Positions 56,780 through 64,000 of a stretch of 64,000 nt of DNA are shown in pieces (positions within the stretch are counted from its first letter, which is position 1; every line of letters starts with the position of its first letter). This DNA comes from Polyangiaceae bacterium (GTDB lineage Bacteria; Myxococcota_A; Polyangia; Polyangiales; Polyangiaceae): positions 96,001 to 160,000 of the forward strand of contig JBILLK010000003.1 in the NCBI GenBank assembly GCA_044376115.1, in the 5' to 3' direction. Made by a program: the position numbers and the translations under genes. The notes under the pieces were generated by a model. That model was not told the DNA's origin. It searched no databases and saw nothing but the letters and a program-made list of their open reading frames with translations.

Positions 56780-57934
56780 TTAGGGGCCGTCACTAGGAGG
56801 CCGCTGTTGGACTACCAGCTTCCTAAGCCGCTCGGAAACCCAAACTTTGTTCGCCGAATCCACGATTACGGCACCCGCGCCCTCGGTTCTCTCGATCAAT
56901 GCCAGGCCCTTTTCAGGTCCGAGGATGAAGACGGCATCGTCGAGAGCGTCAGCTGTGAACGCGTCTTTGGCCCAAACCGTCACGCTACGGGTTGCTGCGG
57001 CCGGATAACCCGTCCGTGGATCAATGATGTGATGATAGCGCTTGCCATCGAGAATGAACGCGCGCTCGTAGTCACCAGCCGTACTAAATGCGTGGTCTTC
57101 AACTTCCATCAGCGCAAAGAAGTCGTTCTCGTCCTTTCCCCGCGGATCACGAATCCCCACGCGGAACGGTGAGCCATCAAAGCGTCGGCCTTTCACATAA
57201 AGGTCTCCGCCCGCCTGAACAAAGAACGCCGCAACCCCGTGCTTCTCGAGAATTCGAGCCGCCAGGTCAACAGCGTACCCCTTGGCGATTCCACCCAGGT
57301 TGATCTTGCGCCCCTTGTCCTTGAGCCGAACGGTATGCGTCTTTGCGTCAACGGCGGCGGGCTTCCCGCCATCAAGTTCGATCGTTCGGTAGTCGATCCG
57401 TTTGCGTGCCTCGGCAATCTTGTCGGGTGGAGGCACTTGAGCGACCGCGCCTTCATCGAACTTCCAGAGTCCATGCATCGCCTCGAACGTAATGTCGAAA
57501 ACGCCATCGGACTCCGATGCAACCTTCAGACTCCGCTCGATGACGGCAAAAGTATCCGGCCCCACCTCCACGGCAGGCCCACCGGCGCTCTCATTGATAC
57601 GCGTCACTTCTGAGGTCGCGACCCAGGTGCTCATCAGGTTCTCGAGCCGCTTGATCTCGCCAAACGCCTCGCTCATCGCCCGCCCGATTTTGAGCTCGTC
57701 CAGGGCTTCACTCGTGTAGGACGACATCACGATGCGTGTCCCCATCGCTCCACGTTCGAGCGTGACCTTTTTGGGAACGAACGCGGAGACCGGGGCCGAG
57801 ACGCTTGCTGAAGGTGGCGCGCTCGCCGTCTCGAGTGGAGGCGGCACTGCTTGCTTCTTCGGCGGCGGAGCGCCGCACGCCGCGATTGTCAAAGCGAGGA
57901 TGCACACGATACGGGCACTTGGCTCGAGACGCAT
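56780..57934 (-). CDS. apbE: FAD:protein FMN transferase (ApbE) lipoprotein
   Basis: Lipobox IAAC; AMGT, SEVTRIN, GVFDIT, NLGGIAKGYAVD, AGGD, STAGDYER, YHHIIDPRTGYP, ADALD. Confidence 0.92.
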   Translation of the reverse strand: MRLEPSARIVCILALTIAACGAPPPKKQAVPPPLETASAPPSASVSAPVSAFVPKKVTLERGAMGTRIVMSSYTSEALDELKIGRAMSEAFGEIKRLENLMSTWVATSEVTRINESAGGPAVEVGPDTFAVIERSLKVASESDGVFDITFEAMHGLWKFDEGAVAQVPPPDKIAEARKRIDYRTIELDGGKPAAVDAKTHTVRLKDKGRKINLGGIAKGYAVDLAARILEKHGVAAFFVQAGGDLYVKGRRFDGSPFRVGIRDPRGKDENDFFALMEVEDHAFSTAGDYERAFILDGKRYHHIIDPRTGYPAAATRSVTVWAKDAFTADALDDAVFILGPEKGLALIERTEGAGAVIVDSANKVWVSERLRKLVVQQRPPSDGP

Positions 57935-58075
57935 TGGTGCAGCCTGCCCCAGCTGCTAACAAATGTCTGCAACCACCGGCTGCTCGCAAGCAACCAAACG
58001 ACTGCCCCAGCAAACCTGCAATTTCGAGCGCGTGGCTTGTCGATCGTCACGCTTTGCTCGAACATGCTTCCGCCC

Positions 58076-59110
58076 ATGAATCGTTGTTGGCTAGAGGCGA
58101 GCATACTTGCGGCGATTTCTTTGGTCCCTGCCGTCACCGTTACGGCGGAGGAAGCTCTGCCCTCGGAACAACCGAGTGTTCAAGCAAGCGCGCCGCTCCC
58201 AGATGAAATCCCACCAGCGCCCCCCACGGCTGGCCTCGGCCTCGTCGAAGCAGTCGCCCCACCGCCCTGGCTTCCACTAGCTCCAAGTACGAGCTTCGTG
58301 GTTCCCCCCTCCCCGAGCGATCTGCCCTTGGTAATGGCGAGTGTCTCTAGTGCGGGGCTCGGCGCGCTCCTCGTTCTAGCCGGAGCCATCACGCTCACAC
58401 AGTCGACGGTCGGCGAGTACTGCGGCGCAACTGGCTGCGTCGAGCGCGTCGACCAATCCATCGTAAACGCTGGAGCAAGTCTGCTTGGTGCAGGTGCGGG
58501 GAGCATTGTTGCTGGTGGGTTGGGGGCACTGGCTCATGGGGCGGCACCGATCCGCGGCTCACGCGGCCGGCAAGACGAACCCGTCATGCTTACGGGTCTG
58601 GGCCTAACCTCGTTTGGCCTCTCCGCCTTTGGGATCGGGTGGGCTCAGGCGGCTACCTACGATAGTGACTTTGACGACCTCTCGACAGCGTGGCCCTGGT
58701 TCCTAACCAGTGGGCTCGGAATGGCTGCTGGTATTCCAATGTTTCTGGTCGGAGCCAAACGCGACCTTGGGCCTGCTGTTCGTACGTCCTCGCCAGTTAT
58801 GACGCACTCGTCCATCGGCATGGCCGTAACCGGGTCGATCTTGGTCGGTATTGCTGGCGTAGCGAACTTGGTTGGAACTGGGTTCGTGCTCGCTGATGTT
58901 CTGGGGGACGGCGCACTCGGGGGTTATGGTGCAATTGTGATAGGGCCGATCCTTGGCGGTGGTTCGGCGCTGCTATCGGCCGTGGGGACTCCACTGATGG
59001 TTCTCGGGCTCCGCAGGGAAGCGACTACTGGCAACGCCGATCAAGCGCAAACGCTGCCCGAGCTGCAATTGGGCCCCACCGGGATGAACCTCACCTGGAG
59101 GTTGCCGTGA
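58076..59110 (+). CDS. Hypothetical exported/membrane protein with repeated Gly-rich hydrophobic hairpins
   Basis: Signal peptide, Pro-rich linker, three similar GxxL...GIP/GTP helical hairpins, C-terminal LGPTGMNLTWRL. Start 58064 or 58076. Confidence 0.7.
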   Translation: MNRCWLEASILAAISLVPAVTVTAEEALPSEQPSVQASAPLPDEIPPAPPTAGLGLVEAVAPPPWLPLAPSTSFVVPPSPSDLPLVMASVSSAGLGALLVLAGAITLTQSTVGEYCGATGCVERVDQSIVNAGASLLGAGAGSIVAGGLGALAHGAAPIRGSRGRQDEPVMLTGLGLTSFGLSAFGIGWAQAATYDSDFDDLSTAWPWFLTSGLGMAAGIPMFLVGAKRDLGPAVRTSSPVMTHSSIGMAVTGSILVGIAGVANLVGTGFVLADVLGDGALGGYGAIVIGPILGGGSALLSAVGTPLMVLGLRREATTGNADQAQTLPELQLGPTGMNLTWRLP

Positions 59111-60717
59111 ACCATCGTTTGACTCGGCTAGCTCCGCGAATGCTCCTGGCGTTGACCCTCGGGGTTCATTGCGCTCAACCGGATCGCCAACCGCAGGTGT
59201 TCCTCGACGTGCCTGTCGTTACGCTCGAACAGGCAGGTGATGATGAGCTTCTCAGGTTGACGATGGCGGTTTTTCCCGAGGACGAGATCACCTATCTCGA
59301 TAGTGCCGTAGTTGTCATTGATACTCCAGCCGGCGAAAAGATTATCTCTGATCCGGAGATTCTCGCTGACAGCTTTCCCGTTGTCCTTTCAGCCAATAGC
59401 TTTGAGCCTGAGCAGATCGCTTTGCGCGTGCCTAGTCCGTTCTCGTCTCCGCCTGCATTCAATGAGCACTGTCCGCTAAGTAGCTTTACCGCGGAGGTTA
59501 GCATGAGCTTTTACTCGCCTGATGCTGACAAGAACGGCGCAGCCGAGGCCCCGCTCGGTACCAGTGTCGTGCGAACTCCTCTGCGTCGCCCGGGCGCACC
59601 GGCACCTCCGCATGTGTTCGCCAGTCTTGGGCTCAATCAGGGGCCAGCCGTCAATGGGGCGGATCCAACGCTCAAGCTTTTGTCGATACCCCCGAGTCAG
59701 ACAAAAGCGGCTTTTGCAACCTATGATAGCGCAGGGTCGTTCAACGTGTATTTGGCGGATCGATCGAGTCTCGTGCAGGGGCTTGCCATGTCCTTCGTTG
59801 CGGGTGGGCCTGCCCCCACGGTCGCGTTGTCGGACACTGGGTACTATCTTGGGGTTACCGAGCAGCTAACGCCTGCGCTACATGTCAGTGCTCAGGACGA
59901 GAGCTCGACGGAATGGACCGTCGCGATTCCTACGGACGGAGTTGCACCTGAGTACAGCGCGTTGCGCGTTCAAGGGATCTATCCAACGTGGGATGGTGCT
60001 GAGGTTGAGGCAGTTCTGCAATCAGCCTACGTCCTACTGCATCCTGACGGAACGGAGCTAATCCCCCCAGCCGGCAAATACTACGGAGCCGCGACTCTAC
60101 GGCTCACGAGGGCAGGAGAAGTTCTCTCACTGGAGCCGACGACTCGAGACGTCTTAGCCGTAGTGAACCACCCACAAGGGAGTATACGGGTGACCACGGA
60201 GTTGCCGCCGGTCATTGACGGGTCGCTACAGATCGAGAGCTACGATAGCGAGAAGAGCCTGCTGTTTAGTCACTCTGAACCTGTGCGCGCAGGCAAGCTG
60301 TCGATTGCACGGGCGGACGGGGCGCTGGCGATTGCCTATGTCGATACCTTCTTTACGAAGGTCGTGCGGGTCTTGATACTTAGTGAAGGCGGTGAGGTGT
60401 TGGGTCGCTTTTCCGCGTCAGGCGAGAGTCCGTCGGTAGCTCTCTTGCCAAACGGAAATGTTGCATTGACCTTCGTTGGAGGGGCCGATGGCCTGCCAGC
60501 TGGTATTGGTCCACAGCGGGCCGTTCCCTTGCTGATCGAATTGAGCCGAGCTGGTCAGGTTTTACGTGGGCAACAGCTCGCTTGCGGAGGTATCACCCTC
60601 CTCACCACGCTGACTGAAGACACAATCTTGACCGGTCTCTTTCGCGATTTTGCAACGCTGGGTGAAACGGTCCTCGTCACAGCGGATGGCGCTCTAGGTG
60701 CCGGAACGGTGGAATAG
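59107..60717 (+). CDS. Hypothetical lipoprotein, beta-rich
   Basis: Signal ending LTLGVHC; 536-aa ORF coupled to both neighbours. Confidence 0.7.
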   Translation: MNHRLTRLAPRMLLALTLGVHCAQPDRQPQVFLDVPVVTLEQAGDDELLRLTMAVFPEDEITYLDSAVVVIDTPAGEKIISDPEILADSFPVVLSANSFEPEQIALRVPSPFSSPPAFNEHCPLSSFTAEVSMSFYSPDADKNGAAEAPLGTSVVRTPLRRPGAPAPPHVFASLGLNQGPAVNGADPTLKLLSIPPSQTKAAFATYDSAGSFNVYLADRSSLVQGLAMSFVAGGPAPTVALSDTGYYLGVTEQLTPALHVSAQDESSTEWTVAIPTDGVAPEYSALRVQGIYPTWDGAEVEAVLQSAYVLLHPDGTELIPPAGKYYGAATLRLTRAGEVLSLEPTTRDVLAVVNHPQGSIRVTTELPPVIDGSLQIESYDSEKSLLFSHSEPVRAGKLSIARADGALAIAYVDTFFTKVVRVLILSEGGEVLGRFSASGESPSVALLPNGNVALTFVGGADGLPAGIGPQRAVPLLIELSRAGQVLRGQQLACGGITLLTTLTEDTILTGLFRDFATLGETVLVTADGALGAGTVE

Positions 60718-60718
60718 C

Positions 60719-61891
60719 ATGGCTCAAATCGATCGAGAGAAGTTGGTGGCTGATGTAGATGCGCTGTCAGCGACGCTCAAGAAGCTGGCTGTGCTCATCC
60801 ATGAGCAGCCAGAGCTGCGCTTTCAAGAGCACAAAGCTTGCGGCTGGCTTTCTGCGGCGGCGCTCGATGAAGGGGCCGCGGTAGAACAGAACTACAAGGG
60901 CCTAGAGACCAGCTTTCGTGCGCAGACTCAGGGCGGCGGTGCCGCGCGGGTTGCGATCCTGGCCGAATACGATGCTTTGCCAGAGATCGGGCATGCCTGT
61001 GGGCATAATCTGATTGCTACAGGAGCACTTGGAGCATTCCTGGCACTGCATCGCCAACAAGCCAACCTTCCCGGCGTCGTCGAGTTACTGGGTACTCCAG
61101 CCGAGGAGGGGGGAGGTGGCAAAATCATGCTGCTTGAACGTGGGGCCTTCACCGGTGTGGATGCGGCGCTGATGTTTCATCCTTTTGACCGTGATCTTCT
61201 CACCCACCCGACTCTCGCTAATACCTATCTAACGTTCGAGTTTTTGGGCCGCCCATCCCATGCAGCGATTGCTCCGTGGGATGGAGCTAGCGCATTGACG
61301 GCTGCGATGGACACGTTTCGCTTGATTGATTCGCAGCGGATCCATTTGCGCGACGGGGTGCGAGTCCACGGCTTCATGACGAATGGCGGCCAGGCGGTAA
61401 ACATTATACCGGAGACGGCCGCGTGCGAGTTCTCCGTACGAGCGTTCACTGCGTCGGAAATGGACCGAGCTCGAGTGGTGGTAGAGCGTTGCGCTCGGGC
61501 GGCTGCGCTGGCCTCAGACGTGGAATTGAAAGTCACGGTACGGCGTGGATATCGCGATATGCGCAACAATGAGACCCTTGCCAAGCGCTTTGGTGTTCAC
61601 CTTGAAAGCCTAGGTCGAGCCCCCAAGTTCCGCGACGCAACGGTGGGCGCCGGCTCCACCGATATGGGGGATGTCTCCCATGCTGTACCGTCGATTCACA
61701 GCTGGTTAGCCATTTGTGATCAAGACCAGACCACTTGCCATCAGCGCGAGTTTGCTAACTGCGCGAGGAGCGAGCGTGGCCTTGAAGCAATGCTCGTCGC
61801 GGCGAAGAGCCTTGCGCTATTGGCGGCCGATGTGTTGGAAGACGGCGAGCTACGGCAATCCGCCTTCGCAGAGTTTCAACAGTCACGCTGA
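60719..61891 (+). CDS. M20 family amidohydrolase (AbgB/PM20D2-like)
   Basis: HEQPELRFQE, EYDALPEIGHACGHNLIA, GTPAEEGGGGK, GSTDMGDVSH. Confidence 0.9.
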   Translation: MAQIDREKLVADVDALSATLKKLAVLIHEQPELRFQEHKACGWLSAAALDEGAAVEQNYKGLETSFRAQTQGGGAARVAILAEYDALPEIGHACGHNLIATGALGAFLALHRQQANLPGVVELLGTPAEEGGGGKIMLLERGAFTGVDAALMFHPFDRDLLTHPTLANTYLTFEFLGRPSHAAIAPWDGASALTAAMDTFRLIDSQRIHLRDGVRVHGFMTNGGQAVNIIPETAACEFSVRAFTASEMDRARVVVERCARAAALASDVELKVTVRRGYRDMRNNETLAKRFGVHLESLGRAPKFRDATVGAGSTDMGDVSHAVPSIHSWLAICDQDQTTCHQREFANCARSERGLEAMLVAAKSLALLAADVLEDGELRQSAFAEFQQSR

Positions 61892-62778
61892 TGGACCTAG
61901 CGAAGGTCTCGACGTCGATTGTGACGCTCATGCTGGTCATCCTCCTTGGAGGAGGCGCAGCCTATTGGGCGGGAGCCGGTGGTGCAAAACTGCTGGGCTT
62001 GCCGCTGGTTACCCTTTGCGCCGCGCTGGCGTTTACAATTCAATGGCTAGCCTACGTGCCAGCCTTCATAAAGCGGACAGAGAAGTTTTATGATTTAGTC
62101 GGTAGTGTAACCTACTTGTCCGTGGTGGCCTTGGCACTGCTCACGACGGCACTGCAAGGCGTGGCAACCGTCCGCTCGTACATTTTGGCGGCCGCGGTCG
62201 CAGTCTGGGCGATTCGCCTTGGGAGCTTCCTCTTCGCGCGAGTAAAGCGTGTCGGCCGAGATGACCGCTTTACGTCGATAAAGCAATCGTGGCATCGATT
62301 CTTGGTCGCGTGGACTCTCCAGGGGCTTTGGGTCTTTTTGACCTGTATTGCGGTCCTCCTGATGATCGCGCGCCCGAGCGCAGTTGCAGTGAATACTTGG
62401 GATATCGTAGGAGGTGCACTTTGGATACTCGGGTTTGGGATCGAGATCATAGCCGACCGGCAGAAGGCCGCGTTTGCCAAACAAGCTAAGCATCAAGGCC
62501 AATTCATTACTGTGGGGCTTTGGTCGTGGAGCCGCCATCCGAATTACGCAGGGGAGATCCTGCTATGGGTGGGGCTGTTTCTCGTGGGTCTCCCGAGTTA
62601 TCGAGGAGCAGAGTGGCTGGCGATTGCATCTCCGCTATTCGTTTGGTGCTTACTGCGATTTATCAGTGGTGTCCCAATCCTCGAGCAGCGAGCCGACGCT
62701 CGCTGGGGTGGGCAACCCGCGTATGAAGAATACAAGTCAAGAACCTCGCTTTTGTGGTTGAGGCCACCGCGTCGTTGA
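61891..62778 (+). CDS. DUF1295 family membrane protein (steroid 5-alpha-reductase-like)
   Basis: TEKFYDLVGS, WAIRLGSFLFAR, DDRF, WTLQGLW, ADRQK, GLWSWSRHPNYAGE, SGVPILE. Confidence 0.88.
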   Translation: MDLAKVSTSIVTLMLVILLGGGAAYWAGAGGAKLLGLPLVTLCAALAFTIQWLAYVPAFIKRTEKFYDLVGSVTYLSVVALALLTTALQGVATVRSYILAAAVAVWAIRLGSFLFARVKRVGRDDRFTSIKQSWHRFLVAWTLQGLWVFLTCIAVLLMIARPSAVAVNTWDIVGGALWILGFGIEIIADRQKAAFAKQAKHQGQFITVGLWSWSRHPNYAGEILLWVGLFLVGLPSYRGAEWLAIASPLFVWCLLRFISGVPILEQRADARWGGQPAYEEYKSRTSLLWLRPPRR

Positions 62779-62827
62779 GATTGGCATCGCGTTGCTTTCC
62801 AGTGGGCAGCAGGGCTAGTCTCCGCGC

Positions 62828-63712
62828 ATGGTTTGGCGGTCGCTCCTGTTGTTGATGCTCTCGGCCTGCTCGCTGGCGATCGACGTCGAAGCTGATCAGT
62901 GTGACTCGGCTGCGGCCTGCCAAGCGCTCGGTTTGGGTGGTGCGTGTCAGCAGGGCGTCTGCGTGGCTTCAGAAGGTGGCTCCGGTGGTTTTGGCGGCAC
63001 TGGCGGTGGTTCGGGAGGGGCGGATCCCCTGTGGGGCTGTCTAGGTAAGGTTGAGTTTCCAGAGGTTGACCCCGCCAAAATCGTAACTCGAACTGTGACG
63101 TTTCGAGGTGTGGGCAACTCCGTGCCTGAGGTCAGTGAGCTATTGTTCTGTGATGTCCTCGACTTGACCTGTGTCGATGGCGAGTTGATCATGGTCGAGG
63201 CAGGTGAAGATGCTGCCGGGGAGTTCCTGCTCGCTGCGATTAGCGGCCCCGAGGGCTCCAACGGGTTTTTACAGATAACGGGCCCGGCGCTGAAGCCCAC
63301 CTTGTTGTACCCAGGCCCTGCCTTCGCCGGATCGGTTACAGAAAACGCACCTGTAACCTTGATTGAGGAGGCGCTGTATGACGGTTTGGTGATGGGGGCC
63401 GGCTTTGAAGAACTGCCTGCGCACGGTACGCTCTTGGCGCTCCTCACTGATTGCCAAGGTGAGCCGGCTGCTGGGGTAACGATTTCGAGCCCGCAGCAAG
63501 ATGCTTCGTCGCGGCCATTTTACTACTTTAATGAACTGCCGAGTCCGGACCCTACGGCAACGGCTGCAGATGGCTTCTCGGGCATCCTCAATCTGCCGAC
63601 CGGTACGATCACGGCTGAGTCCTTCAATCCAGAAGGCGTTTCGATTGGCAGAGTCTCAGTGCAGATACGTGAGTCGTGGCTTACGTTTACAACGATTGAG
63701 CCGACTCCATGA
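62828..63712 (+). CDS. Hypothetical lipoprotein preceding a Ser/Thr kinase
   Basis: Lipobox LSAC, small Cys module, Gly linker, DPLWGCLG, DCQGEPAAGV. ATGA overlap with the kinase. Confidence 0.75.
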   Translation: MVWRSLLLLMLSACSLAIDVEADQCDSAAACQALGLGGACQQGVCVASEGGSGGFGGTGGGSGGADPLWGCLGKVEFPEVDPAKIVTRTVTFRGVGNSVPEVSELLFCDVLDLTCVDGELIMVEAGEDAAGEFLLAAISGPEGSNGFLQITGPALKPTLLYPGPAFAGSVTENAPVTLIEEALYDGLVMGAGFEELPAHGTLLALLTDCQGEPAAGVTISSPQQDASSRPFYYFNELPSPDPTATAADGFSGILNLPTGTITAESFNPEGVSIGRVSVQIRESWLTFTTIEPTP

Positions 63713-64000
63713 GCGACAAGATTGGTAAGTACCGTGTCATCGCCAAGCTGGGTCAAGGCGGAATGGCTCGGGTGTTGCTAACCGTTGCAGCAGGCAAAGC
63801 GGGCTTTGAGAAGCTCTTGGTGGTCAAGGAGCTGCGTGAAGAGCTAGCCGGGGATCCAGAATTCCTAACGATGTTTCTGGATGAGGCTCGGTTGGCAGCG
63901 CGTCTCAATCACGCCAATGTCGTGCAGACCTATGAAGTGGGCCAGGATGGGGACCGCCACTTCATTGCAATGGACTACCTCGAAGGGCAGTCGCTCGTCG
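63709..64000 (+). CDS. Ser/Thr protein kinase (3'-truncated by window edge; not in the ORF track)
   Basis: Hand translation MSDKIGKYRVIAKLGQGGMARV...LVVK...MFLDEARLAARLNHANVVQTYEVG...IAMDYLEGQSL. Confidence 0.92.
   Translation, partial: MSDKIGKYRVIAKLGQGGMARVLLTVAAGKAGFEKLLVVKELREELAGDPEFLTMFLDEARLAARLNHANVVQTYEVGQDGDRHFIAMDYLEGQSLV

Overview
GC-rich, densely coding bacterial chromosomal segment with about 53 CDS. No rRNA, tRNA, CRISPR array, IS element or prophage was seen. Gene content points to a myxobacterium, probably Polyangiales/Sorangium-like (inference): five Hanks-type Ser/Thr kinases, PEGA-like partners, MopE-motif and Cys-rich lipoproteins, and membrane sulfatase-like proteins. 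Most of the window is housekeeping: an MCP, glpK, folP-cdaA-cdaR, xerC, a sirtuin, rsmD, two ABC-F ATPases, an RhlE-like helicase, fatty-acid genes, pxpA/pxpBC, lpdA, asnB and apbE. The strongest candidate for an undescribed system is a two-gene unit at 24876-27321. A class III PLP aminotransferase is followed 4 bp later by a 373-aa protein carrying a divergent but motif-complete ectoine-synthase (EctC)-like cupin, fused to a second cupin and a helical tail, with no ectA/ectD nearby. Other notable items are a tandem pseudo-histidine kinase lacking catalytic residues and a kinase/degenerate-kinase pair sharing four copies of an unnamed extracytoplasmic domain. There is also a c-di-AMP operon in which glmM is replaced by a SurA-like gene and a small basic ORF, recurrent -10 boxes 6-10 nt before start codons (possible leaderless genes), a structured leader, and one probable frameshift. 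All family assignments come from motif recognition by eye; no searches were run.
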